A stretch of 64,000 bases of DNA. Origin: Pavona decussata. Taxonomy: Eukaryota. Below are positions 51,031 through 63,230 of the stretch, piece by piece. Under the pieces are notes generated by a model. It worked only from the letters and a program-made list of their open reading frames with translations. It did no database searches and was not told where the DNA came from. The stretch is from the NCBI GenBank assembly GCA_977016875.1, contig CDRNST010000067.1:3038001-3102000 (forward strand). Direction: 5' to 3'. A program made the position numbers and the translations under genes. Within the stretch, counting starts at the first letter, position 1. Every line of letters begins with the position of its first letter.

Positions 51031-51476
51031 TGTTGAGGCCCGCGCTCAACACCCACTTTCCGCTCAGCAGCCTTCCCTTTGAGGACCTTTGACGTACCCT
51101 AGAATTTTGATTACTAACAAAATTACAAAATCAATCTCTGTGATCGTCACCTGTGTTAGTCACTCATGTTTTTGGAAGCCCCTTTTTCTTCCGCCTTTTT
51201 TGTCCACCTTGGATCGTTCGCTGATTGTCGATACTAGGTAAGAAGTGTTGTCAAGTTTATTAGTAATTTGCTGTGATTTCTGTAGATTTGTGTTGTTATT
51301 TTTGGATTTTCACCGTGAATCAGGTGGCCCGCGTGACCTTAGTGATTTGTATTATTTGCAGAATAAAACGGAGTTTCCAGAAGATATCCAAGCCTTCTTG
51401 GTCAATTTCGTCTGAAATAAAACTTCCTCAAATTCATATCGATTGGGATAGGCCTCACCTTTTGGGCGCCTATTCA
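51031..51476 (+). repeat. 3' LTR (446 bp)
   Basis: Copy of 43834-44276 with a 3-bp insertion. Confidence 0.97.
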
Positions 51477-52242
51477 GCCCATTTATTTGGTTTTTCGTAT
51501 TTTTGCTTTATAAGATAGTGATAAAAGTCACGGCACTTAAAATTTTCTAAATTAAAGATATTTTCTACGTCGGGCATGTGAAAGCGCAGTTTCAATGGAA
51601 CTGATTGCCTTAGACCGGTCCATACTAAAAAGTTAGAGTTCTTTAATCCTGTAACTTTGACAACATTGAAAGATTCAATATTTGTCATATCATAAGGCAG
51701 ATGATTTGTGTGTATGATATTGTTATCAAAAAAATGTTTATAAAAGACACTCTTGCCGTCAATCTTTATATCTCTGTTGTTCCATAAAATATACTTATAT
51801 GTATTTTCGGGGTCCTCGACTTCAATTAATTTTGACCACCACTCCAAAAGTTCTCGATAAAAGGTCGCTGAGATTGTTAATCGGTTGATATCATAATTGC
51901 ACTGAATTAAAAATAACCCCCCTTCGTATACCAAAAGATGATCAAGATATGACTTCCAAAATCCAGAGTTATCTGGGTCAACTATTCGTTTTAACCAGCT
52001 TAGCCTTAAAGCTTTAACCATACTTTCATAATCTAGCATTTTGAGGCCACCTTGGTCATAAGGTGCATAAGTTGAGAGTCTAATAACCTTGTCATTACCG
52101 TTCCACAAAAATCGAAAAACCAAACTGTTGAATTCTTTTATGACTTCGAAAGGAGTACATAATACCGAACCACACCACACCACACCTTTGGTTCAAATTT
52201 CAGCCAGAGAAGTTGACTTAAATTTTGTGTATTTCTGCTTAA

Positions 52243-52612
52243 AGGGGAAGTATCACGAAAATTTGATGTCATTTCAAAACCCAGAAATGTTTGTCTGAGG
52301 ACAGAAACAAGAATATATTGTCTAGTTTTGTTATAAATTATCACCCCAGTGCAACAAAACTGTCGATTAGTGCCTCTGGCCAGATACAGAAGGGGCCAAT
52401 ATGGACTGAAACCTGAAAAATATTAGGCTAATGTTTTTCAAGTTTTTGTATTTTTGTTTCCAAAATGCGCTAGAACAGAGTACGTGTTGTTCCTGTCAGG
52501 ATTTGAGTTGATTTCTCTCCCCTCGTTGTTCTAGAATTATTTTGTAGCAAAGTGGAGGTCTCATTTCACCATTTTTAACAAAAGAGGTCAGAAACCCCAT
52601 GATACTTTCCCT
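52243..52612. mobile_element. TTAA-flanked MITE (Kolobok-like AG...CT termini)
   Basis: TTAA-AGGGGAAGTATCACG ... CATGATACTTTCCCT-TTAA. Confidence 0.8.
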
Positions 52613-52727
52613 TTAAATGTTTGCACATATTTATACCATGAAAGCAAGTTGAAATATTCTTTTGTGTCGAAAAGGAGAAAATATTTAGGAAGATTGTGTT
52701 GCCTTCCAAAACTGTTTGCAAGTCGAA

Positions 52728-54575
52728 CTTTTTTTTTTTTATTTATTTGTCCATTATATTATAAATACAATCAAATAGAATCTTATGACTGCTAACTTAG
52801 ATATAATGGCAGGAGATCTTAGCAAGCTCAATGAGCTTTTCTATGAAGATCCCCTTATTCAAGCTTAGACTAATTACAGGGCAGATGGTGATTTATTATA
52901 ATTCTAGATAGATTACTTCTAATACTTGCTTTGTCCTAAAACAAAACTAAAAACCTAATAACCTAAGATACTTTGATTTTGCAAATAAGCCTTTGTGCTT
53001 CTCTTAAAAAAATTATAACCTTGTAATGATTTCAATTCTTTTGGTAAATTATTCCAAATATGCGCCCCCCTATATTTTAGTGAAAATTTCCCATAATTTG
53101 TCCTTTTGTAATCAATATATACATTTGATGCTGAACGAGTACCATGACTATGTATATTCTTATTTAAAGTAAAGTAATTATTAAAATATTTTGGTAAATT
53201 ATTGCTAAAGTATGAATACATAAAGAGTGCTATAAGATACATGTTTAACTCATATATATTAAGAATTTTCAGAGATTGAAATAGCGCCTTGGATTCATCA
53301 TGATATTTTGAAAAAGTCATTAACCGCACCAATTTTTTCTCTATGATAATTATCGGTTTCAGTCTAGTTTGGTAAGTGCTTGTCCATATTATACCACAAT
53401 ATGTTAGATATGGATACATCATAGTGTTATATATTGTCTTAAGTGTTTGGATAGATAACACATGTCTAGCCTTGGCCATGATCCCTGTCATTTTCGCTAT
53501 TTTTGTTGAGATTTGGTCAATATGCTTTCTCCGAGAGAGTTAATCATCTATATATAAACCAAGAAATTTTGTGTAATTAACCTTATCAATCTGTTGATCG
53601 TTTATTTTAATTTCAAAAACTTGGTCTAGTTTTTTTCTTTTAGTTTTAAATACCATGAAGTGTGTTTTCTTAACATTTAGAGAAAGCTTATTGCATGAAA
53701 GCCAAGATGTGATGTTTTTTAGTTCTTGGTTCATGGTGTTGTATAAAATATCAACATTTTTATGACTATAAAACAAGTTTGTGTCATCAGCAAAGAGAAT
53801 AAATGATAACTTTTTTGAGCACCTTGATACATCATTCATGTAAATGAGAAACAAGAGTGGTCCAAGGACAGAGCCTTGGGGTACTCCACATGTTATAGTT
53901 AGGCTTTGTGATTGTACTGACTTGTATTTTACTATTTGTTTTCTTCCTGTCAAATAATTTTTAAACCATTTATTTACAATCCCCCTTACTCCATAATGAT
54001 CAAGTTTCCTTAACAGAATTTCATGATTTACAGTGTCAAATGCCTTAGCAAGGTCTAGAAATACTCCCAATGTATTTTCATTGTTGTCTATTGCTTGTGA
54101 TATTTTTGTTATTAGTTCAATGGTTGCTAAGTTTGTAGAGTGTTTCCTTCGAAAACCATACTGACTTGGGAATAATATGTTGTTCTGATCAAGGTATTTA
54201 AGTAATCTATTGTACATTAGTTTCTCTAGTATTTTGCTGAAACATGGGAGAACAGAGATAGGTCTGTAATTAGAAAATTCTTCCTTATCGTTCGCTTTAA
54301 AAACTGGGGTAACAAGTGCAACTTTGAGATCATCAGGAATAGAACCAGTAAGAAATGACTGGTTATATATGTATGTTAATGGTTTAATTACATACTTTGA
54401 AATATTTTTTACTAATTTAGGTGGTATATCATCATGACCACAAGACTTGTTTTCTCTTAGTTTACGTATTTCAAATTCTACTTCATTTTCTGTAACTGCA
54501 TCCAAGAAAATAGATTGAATAGATCTTTTACTTAAATAATTTGAAAAGTTTCTGTCACACAAAGCTGGGATGTGC
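52728..54575 (-). mobile_element. 5'-truncated L2/CR1-group LINE with a nearly intact RT and poly-A tail
   Basis: NYRPISVL, QYGFR, FLDLAKAFDTV, GVPQGSVLGPLLFLIY.ND, LFADD, KFLG; a premature TAA at 53540; T13 tail next to TTTATT. Confidence 0.93.
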
Positions 54576-54811
54576 CCTGTTGAAAATTAGCCAATGAAAC
54601 AGTACTTTTGAGATAGGAGAATTTTGTATTTAATCTGGAAATAAAGTTTATTTACAAACATGAGTTCACCTGTCAGTTTTTTAACCAATCTGAGACGAGA
54701 TCGTTGAAGTATAGCAAAATCTTTTTCTGAAAGAACAACGCATCAATTGAAGCGTAGCAAAGGGTATTTATCTTAATATTTTAAACATTTAAACTACGCG
54801 TTGAAATTGTT

Positions 54812-54980
54812 ATAAAACAATTTATTCATGCATCAGCTGTCCGTTCATCGAGATAGGAAGCACTTGGGAAGTTTGGAGAGCACTCAAGAAGCTAGAGTTG
54901 CTGCATCTTTCGTGCTTTCCAAACTTTCCATGTGCTTCATATCTCAATGAAGGCACGCTGACGCATGAATCAATTGTTAA
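54812..54980. mobile_element. Palindromic MITE-like repeat
   Basis: AACAATTTATTCATGCATCAGC...GAGATAGGAAGCAC vs GTGCTTCATATCTC...GCTGACGCATGAATCAATTGTT. Confidence 0.65.
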
Positions 54981-55995
54981 TTATAGCATGACATAGCCCG
55001 AGATGTTCTACGAGACGCCATTTTTGTGGCTACTGCCTTCTGGAAAGGTCAGTAGCCACTATGCTACTGTGTTGTACGTAAGTCCGTACATCAGAACCTT
55101 TTGGAATTGCAGAATTTACCTGAAGTTGGGTCGAGTTCACCACGACAGGTTGGCGAGATCTCAGTCGGCTTTATTTGTGGATCCTTGTATTTCAATTCAA
55201 AATGGCTGCCGCATCTCTCATGCGTGAATTGGCAGTTTGTGGTTCTTGGAACAAAAACAGGTTTTCAAGACTGTAAATCAAAAGAACAACTTCTAAGGAA
55301 CACTCGTCTGCTTAAAAAGAGGAAATCAATGAGTTCATAGTGGAGAAATGCCTGTTCGAGATTGTGTCAAGGCGAAACATGTGTGATCGGAGACAAGATC
55401 TTGAAATCATCACATGAGCTGTAGACGTTCTCGGAATTTTTGTGTGCTCCTGGGAATCCACTTTACAAAATACCACAGGTTTAAATGTGAATTTTACCGT
55501 GCTTTATGATAAAAATTAGTCGATTTGCCATATTTCAAATAGCTTTGGCGAAATTTTGGAAAAACAAGAAATTGAGCTTTAGTGAATCGCAGTTCGCCTC
55601 GATCGGTGGCCTCTTCACATAGCTTCACTCGAGGACAAAATTGAATGAATTTGCTTTTCAGGCGTGAACACAGGTCTGTCTGAATAAATTTTTCAATTAA
55701 GAAAGCTTATTATCTGTTCATCTGTGTCTTGATTCACGGAATTTCTTCACCATGCGATGTTATGTAAACAATGGGAGAGCCAAACATTATAGATCTATTA
55801 CTCTCCCCTGTGTATTAAAGTGTAAACAAACTGAAATCCTCTAGCGCATACTAAATTGGCACTGATTAGACCTGTTCATTTACCCCTCTGAATTTTATAC
55901 AACATTGCTTTTTTACTGCAATATTCTAAAAAAATAAAGCAGTAGCCACATGCAGTCATAGACTGCCTTTTATTTTACTGTTGTGTTCGAGAGCA

Positions 55996-58900
55996 ATGGA
56001 AGATGTGGAGGAGGTTTTGGACTTTGGTCTACAGAAATTAGGATACCGCGAGTTAGGAGAAGGCCAGAAAAAAGTTGTTGAGGCATTATATCAGTAGGAA
56101 GGACGTATTTTTCGTTCTCTAACGGGATCAGGCAAATTGCTTTGTTTTGAGATTGCTCCGTCTGTGTTTGAGGGAATTGCTGTGGGAGTAGAGAATGCTG
56201 AGCAAAAAGAAAGTATATCTTCTGTTTGCCTTGTAATGCCCCCCCTGGTGTCTGATGAAAAATCAAGTTGCAGGTTTAAGAAAACGCAGTATAACAGCAC
56301 CCATTATCGGCCCCAAATGTACTACATCCGAACTGAAAGATATGTGATGTTGTCAGTTTATCTTTGTGTTTGAAAGTCCAGAGGCTCTATTGAACTCCCA
56401 CAGAAGCGTTATTCCTGATCTGAAGGATTAAATCAAAGCTGTCTTTATCGACGAAAGTCACTGTATTGCAAAGTGGTAAGAAAACATTGGCCTTAAGATT
56501 TAATCCATCAGGAAATGGAGTGATTTGTCAGGGAAACCGAACGACTGTTTTCTGTATCTGCAGTTTCATGTAAGGCTTATGTGCCATTTTCGAAGCATAT
56601 CAAGTTTTCTGACTTTCTGGAGTTAACTTTTTCTCATCTTACTGTCCAGGTTAAGTTATACAATGTTCTTTGTAAAAAGAAGAAACCTATGTAAAATTTT
56701 TGAATTCGAAATGTGATGGAAAAATGAGTCAAAAATTCTCACCATCGTAAGATTTAATTTGTATCAAAAATTTTCTGGCAAATAATTCCTAGCAGATACA
56801 AATTTGGTAGTGCCGCCTAGAATGCACTTCTGTTTCTGGAGGTCTAAAAGTACTCTGGATGGCCTAAAATGTGTCTTCGATGTATTTAGGAGAAAACCGG
56901 CCTTGGGTGCCCTTGATTATGATTTTTATTTTAATATTTCCAAAGTCAATTTTTGTTGGGAAGCTGGGAAAACAAATTTCTAATTTCAAATGACTTTTTT
57001 TAGACACAGGTAAAATCATTTTTGATTGATTCATATGAGATTCCAAAATATATTGAACAAGGTTTTCAATAGGGTATTGCATTGCAGCATTTATGATTTT
57101 TTGAGTGGTTTTTGTGTAATGTCAATTTCCAAAAAAAAAATTGTGCAAAAGAGGGAATTTGTAAAACACTGTGTGGAATTTCCTAACTGTAATTATATGG
57201 AATATAGCATCTTTACCGCCGACCGGTTTACCGCCGAGCAGTTAGCTCAGTTGGTAGAGTGCCGGACTACCGTGCGGGAGGTCGCGGGTTCAAACCCCGG
57301 CCGGATCACCACTCAGAGTCTTTAAATAACTGAGGAGAAAGTGCTGCCTTTGCTCTGACATCTGCAAATGTTTAGACTTTCTAGTCTTCTCGGATAAGGA
57401 CGATAAACCGTAGGCCCCGTCTCACAATCCTTGTTTGTAAATAACTCTGTGGGACGTTAAAGAACCCACTCACTGTTCGCAAAGAGTAGGGGACGTAGTT
57501 CCCGGTGTTGTGGTCTGGTCTTTGTGCGTATATTATCATGGTTGGGTGGGAAAATGCTCGGAGATATTAGCTGCATTAAGCTACTCTACAATCCGAGGGT
57601 AAATAAAGATTGATGATGATGATGATGATCTTTACCATCTGGAAAATAGGGTTAATTGACGCTCACAACCCTGTGGAACGTCCAATTTCCTTTGGGTTGG
57701 GGTATAGATTAGTTTGGAAATACACATAGGTACTTAATTTGCTGGCACTTCGGTCATCATTATTTGTATACTCTTAATGAATCTTAAGTGGTTATGGAAA
57801 CATAATGGCAGGTTCACTTGAATGAAGGTAAAAGTTTCGTGCATTTTTTTTTTGGGGGGGGGGGTGGGGTTCCCAGTTTAAAAAATTCAAAAAAAAATTC
57901 TCCATGTGCTTGTGTTTAATGTGAACCACATAAATGCAAGAAAATGGTTTGCTTAAAGATGGTGCTGGTGTCACTATGGTGCAAACCTGTTATGGTTGCA
58001 CTTGCATTCATGATGCATCCAAGTTCATCCTGATGGAGCTAAAAATTTAAGTAACATTCCAATATATACTGCTCGAGAAGATGTAATATGTTTTTTGCCA
58101 CTTTATTTCTGATAGGGGTAAAGACAATAAAAGTGCTGCTGCCTTTAGAGCAGACTATAAAGGGCTCGGAGAGCTGAGATTTCGTCTAAAGAAAGATGTG
58201 CCCTTCATCTGCCTGACAGCCATTGCAACAGACAAGACAAGAGAAGCGATTGTAAAGGAACTTTGTATGGAGGAATGTGTTGTTGTGGGCAGTGATCCCA
58301 ACAGGCCAAACACAAAGTATTCTGTTGTAACACCTAAAACAGACAACTTGTATGGATGGTTTGAGAGCTTATTACAGAACAGGAGACAGAGCAACAATAT
58401 ACTGAAAGGGTCGTCATTTTCTGCCGGCGAAAAGAGCTTTATGAGCTATTTTCCAAACACTTGGGTGACAAGTCCTACTATCAGCCTACAGGGACAGAGC
58501 CGAAGGATGATCATAGTAGACTTTTTGCCATGTATCATAAGAGAATCCATAAACTTGTAGAGGAGACCGCTGAGAAGGAATTCTGTTAGCCCGATGGTAT
58601 CATGCGGGTGCTGTTTTGCTCCAAAGCGTTTGGAATGGGGATTAATGTGAGAAGCGTCTACCTTGATATCCACATAGGGACCTCTGCTGACCTTGACGAT
58701 TACTTACAAGAGGCAGGTAGATTTGGAAGAGACTCACACCAAATGACTCATGCTATGTTGTTAAAGTTTAAGGGATGTACAGGAACAAAGAATATTAGTA
58801 AGGACATGAGAAGCTGTGTTAATAACACAACTTAGTGTAAGAGAGAGATGCTTTTGGCCTAATTTAAGTCATCGGCTCCAAAGGACAAAGTTCTGCATTC

Positions 58901-59486
58901 ATGTTGCGATGTGTGTACCATGAAATGTGAGTGCTTATGCTTTTGTGATGACAGTGATTGCTCATGTGAACTCAAGTGTGAACAGGAGAAGCACATATCA
59001 AGAATAGAGTTGTTTCTTTTGGCCAGAGATACCAGTCATGATGATGATCTTAGTGACAAAACTGTTCAAACTATATGGCAACAGCTCACGGACTATAGAT
59101 CAGCCCTTGCAGCAGTGGCAAAGGACAAGCTGGTTACAGGAATTGACGTAGCCACAGGAAACAGCAACTAATTGATTGACAGCATTATTTCTGGTATTGC
59201 TTACATAACAGACAGAATATTTGAAGAGTAATTTTCCTTTTTACTCTTGGGAACATGTTACTAAAATATGGGAGATTCTAGAGTGCCACTTGAAAGCTAA
59301 TCAAGAGACACTGAGTGATACCTCTAGTAAAAGTGACAATTCAGAAACCACTGATGCATCTAAAGTTGATAGTTCTGATGATGAATCCAGCACCTTGAAC
59401 AGTCCAGTTCTCCGCAGGAGGAAACACAAGATAAATGGAATGATTTTTCTGACGATGCAAGCTCATCAGAAGTAGACTCTGATTAA
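55996..59486 (+). pseudogene. RecQ-like SF2 helicase pseudogene, two exons (55996-56475, 58116-~59486)
   Basis: GQKKVVEA, TGSGK, PEAL, VFIDESHCIAKW|G, LTAIAT, PNRPN, AFGMGIN, YLQEAGRFGRD, CKR..L...CCDVC Zn domain, acidic tail; multiple disruptions. Confidence 0.88.
57232..57629 (+). mobile_element. tRNA-derived SINE with Deu/Nin-type central domain, inside the RecQ intron
   Basis: TAGCTCAGTTGGTAGAG (A box), GGTTCAAACCC (B box), GGATAAGGACGATAAACCGTAGG...GTTAAAGAACCC...AAGAGTAGGG, (GAT)n tail. Confidence 0.85.
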
Positions 59487-60107
59487 GTCAGCCCATTACA
59501 AAATTTTCCCTATTCATGTGTCACACATCAGAAAAAAGAAAACACTTGGTTTGATGAACAGGCTCTGACATTTCTTTCATTTTATCTAATTTCTATCTGA
59601 AGCCCATTTTAATACTTCCATCAATTTTGTACCAAAATGTATTAATTTTAAGGATCTTCTTTGATGAAACAGGTTTTTTTATAATCGCCATGTCTTACTA
59701 AAGATTACGACCTTTACTGCCCAATGTAGTTAAAGTTGTTTGCAAGTTTCAGTTCAGTTTGCTGAGAAAAAAAAATGCATGTATTCCATACTTAATGCAA
59801 CCAGTGAGTTTCATAAAAATGCATACCCTTGCCTTCAAATATGCTCATCTTTGGGTTTCAAAGGCTGGTCACAGACAGGACGTGGGGTTTGTGGATGAGC
59901 TCTTACACTCTCTGAAAGTGCTTCCAGGGCGTGCGTCTCTAACAGCCTCTGACAGCCAAGTCCAACTCCTACCTTCACGTGGTGAGGCCTGTTGTTAACT
60001 AGCAGGAGAAGGGGGGAGGGCTACTGGCCCCTTAAAACCAGTTCACTCGGGGGAGATGGGGCTCTTCAGCCATGGCAGCCTATCTAGGTGAAGGAACTTC
60101 AGTAATT

Positions 60108-60307
60108 TAATAGTAATAATAATAATAATAATAATAATTTTATATTTTTAGACTATGACTTTTATACATTTTTACATATTTTATATTTTTTTATACATGT
60201 ATATATGTTACTGATTTATTCATGTGCTATTTTAAGTTCCGCTTGGCTCACAGGTTACGCTACGCGCCCTCTGGTGCTTCCTTATACCGTGCATACAGAT
60301 AGTTTTA

Positions 60308-60338
<31 letters not shown>

Positions 60339-60358
60339 TAACTAATAATAATAATAAT
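60108..60358. repeat. Two (AAT)n microsatellites flanking a short retroposed-tail-like segment
   Basis: Read directly from the sequence. Confidence 0.7.
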
Positions 60359-61770
60359 GGTTTTATGATGCCTTTTCTACAGGGTATCTCTACACTCATC
60401 ATGGACTAACTAAAAATTGAAAATACATATAGATATATCAGTATAATTTACAGGTAATGAACTATGTGGAAAACGCTTGTAAGTATTTAAAAATGAAAAT
60501 AGACATAAATTGAAATCAATCTAATCTGAGTTTGATTGATGATCAACTCCAAAAACTGACTACATTTTGGAAAAGCCAGGTATTTTCCCCAGCTTCTGGT
60601 TTTCATCTACATCTCTGTGAGCCAGAGGAGAGGAGAACAGAGGAGAACAGAGGAGTGCTGAATTTGAACATTATTGTTTATGTCACTCGCATCAAACTTG
60701 AAAAAAGGAAAACCTAGTTCTTGTATGGAGGTTCAAAGTTTCGATTCTAATTTCCAATTTAGATCACTTCTCTTTCTTTTTATTACTTAACAGGTTATGG
60801 TAGAAGTCAGAAGGGTGACTTAATGTGTCACCTGTGAAAAGGCCTGGGGACAAATACTCCCACAGCTGTGGGAGTATACAAATGCAAACAACCCAGACTG
60901 CTTAAATAATGAGGACAACCTGAAGAGCTCAACAACTTAGATGATGGTTAAGTTATCCCTTACATAATGTACTCTGTGCTAACTTTTTTTGTTATCATGA
61001 CTAAGCTTCACTTGAATGAAACATACTTCTACTATCATACTTTTAGATGACAACCTTGAACTGCTCTAGTCATAAAATATTGTTTAACATAATGTTGTTC
61101 TGTTTTCAATATATTCTAACACAGGCATGGTTTTGTCTAGCCTTCATGACCCTTGGGATACAGGCGACAGACCGGCAGACTTCTTGCAGGTAAGGCTGCC
61201 AAACTACAGTCTGTACATGGCAGTCATGCAATATCACTTTAAAAATTTCTACTTAAAAAAACTGGCTTTGGAATCAAATTACGGTGCCTATATTAACATT
61301 TTTTAGACCAGAATTGCAGAGGACTGAGGAATGAACGCACATCTATTATTGAAGGAATGCTAGCTAGACTGGTTTCTCTGTTAGTACATAAAAGTAGAGT
61401 AAAGGTTCCACTCTTGTGAAAATTGTGTTTCTAGTTAAAACAGTCTTAAAATGTTTATAGGCCCTTTAGGCACTCATCCCTTCAATTGTTCTTTCATGAC
61501 TGAATGAAAAAGGATTTGTACATGGATTGCATGCTTGATTTGGTACCAAAGATTGCTAACCTGAGACCAGTTCCTAAGGGTATAAAATGAAACAAGGAGG
61601 TCCAAGTGTTTAAGAGTAAAGGACAGCTATGAAACCTTGAATGCTCCTGTTACAGTGTGAAAATAAATTTGACCAATCATGAGCAACAAATCACTGCAAT
61701 TTATGAAACAAATAATCTGTCAATTTACCAGTAAGACATTCAGTCACCATTTATCTGTAACTCTTCACAG

Positions 61771-62094
61771 AATGGCGTGGACTGCATGACCTACTTTAAG
61801 AAACTGGATTTGCTCTTACCAGATGAGGGGGAGGATGAGCCTCAACTGCTGATTGTTATTGACAATCAAATTATTTTAACTACAAACTCATACACACAGG
61901 CCCTTTATGCACTATTTGGGGTGCACTACGTTTTTAATTTAGAATGCCCAAAGAATTTAAAATATGTGTATCATTTTATTGAGGTGTACGTTCTTAGTAT
62001 TCTTCAAAAGAAAAGGTCAAGTCAATACAGAAAAGGTGCGTCAGCTGTTTTTACAGTTGATTCTCAAGTCATATATTATTCTTTTGTTTTCTAA
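61771..62094 (+). pseudogene. Exon encoding an F..(H/Y)YVFNL.(Y/C)P domain (SAMD3-like C-terminus, often transposon-associated)
   Basis: Acceptor TTCACAG; QLLIVIDNQII...ALYALFGVHYVFNLECPKNL..VYHFIEVYVL; small candidate exons upstream at 60794-61370. Confidence 0.5.
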
Positions 62095-63053
62095 ATTCAT
62101 TGCGTTCTATTTTAAGCCTTATTGTTATAACCATTGTGGTTTCCTTTTAGGCTTTCTTAGCACTTTTGTTTTCTATTTTAAATGTAGCCATGAATTTTGT
62201 CTTTTGTTTTATGGTGAAATAAACTTTATGCCTTTTGAGAGCCATGCAAATGCCAGTGGGTGAATACCATGCCACACGTTTGTATACCAAAACTGCTGAT
62301 AACTGTAAGAACAGCTGTTACTATTCAGGATTAGTCAAAAAAAATTTCTGTAAAAAAACATCAGGTTTTGTAAATGTAACATACAGTGGTATACATGGAA
62401 CAGTGTTTTACATACTTCAGTTTACTTATTCACGTTCAATTTTTATTATTCTTTGTTTAATACTTATCATAATACATAACCATGCTCAAAAACAAGAGAA
62501 TCTTAAATCTGAACAAAGGGTAAACTTGAACCGCACTGATACAAAACAAGTTATGTCAGCATTGAAACAATTGTTTTTTTATAAGACAGTATACATATTA
62601 TTAAAATGAGAAGCCTGTTGCACACTAGCCGTTTTTTTTGTCAGTGAATCTTGAATCTTAATTTCATTTGGACCTGATCAATTGTACTTGTGTTTGTGTT
62701 TATTGTCCAAACATGTCTCTGGTGCACATATTCCCTATAAACAGGGAATTAACAAACTTACTTCCCTAGAAGAATATTGTTTATTTGGTGGAGAACAATG
62801 ATTCTTCAAAATTCTTCAAGGAAGCAAAACGATACCTCTGGGATTAGATCCCTTTCCTTGGAAAAGGGAATAGATTCTTGCAAAGAGAATCGATAATCTT
62901 ACAAAAAGAATTTGAATTCCTCTCAAAAGAATTGTAGTTCTTTTAGGGAGAACATTTCTTCTCTTGAGAAGAATTTAAATTCTCCTCTGGTGACGAAGAA
63001 TCAGATATTAATGATTCTTTACAGAAGACTCCATATTCTAGGTATAAGAATAT

Positions 63054-63230
63054 TAAAACGCACCTATGAGAGTGGATTTACATGTGGGAAACAGGCGAAA
63101 GGGTGTGTAAGGTGCGACATATTTTGTGACATAATTTTGGGGCCCACAGTTTTGGCTAAAATTGTGTCAAAATATGTCACACCTTTTTGCCTGTTTCCTA
63201 CATGTAAATCCGCTTTCGTAGGTGCAGTTT
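63054..63230. mobile_element. Fold-back MITE
   Basis: GCACCTATGAGAGTGGATTTACATGTGGGAAACAGGC vs GCCTGTTTCCTACATGTAAATCCGCTTTCGTAGGTGC. Confidence 0.75.

Larger units (their letters stand above)
43834..51476 (+). mobile_element. Full-length BEL/Pao LTR retrotransposon
   Basis: TG...CA LTRs, GCCCA target-site duplication at 43829-43833 and 51477-51481, polypurine tract, complete gag-pol domain set. Confidence 0.97.
43045..52165 (-). mobile_element. 5'-truncated L1/Tx1 LINE (ORF2 C-terminus, CCHC, poly-A), split by the BEL insertion into 51477-52165 and 43045-43833
   Basis: FLWNG, QGGLKM, KALRLSW, CSFC..HIFFDC; the rejoined frame reads NKWA|KLREE; T14 tail with a polyadenylation signal at about 43045-43066. 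Confidence 0.9.

Noticed and set aside
57232-57306. tRNA gene
   Set aside because: The tRNA-like head runs straight into a SINE body and tail, with no poly-T terminator.
56492-57788. TTAA-flanked element filling the RecQ intron
   Set aside because: The terminal inverted match is only a few bases; too weak to call.
55996-59486. Functional host RECQ/BLM/WRN orthologue
   Set aside because: Multiple frameshifts and stops and a minimal architecture; no gene symbol assigned.
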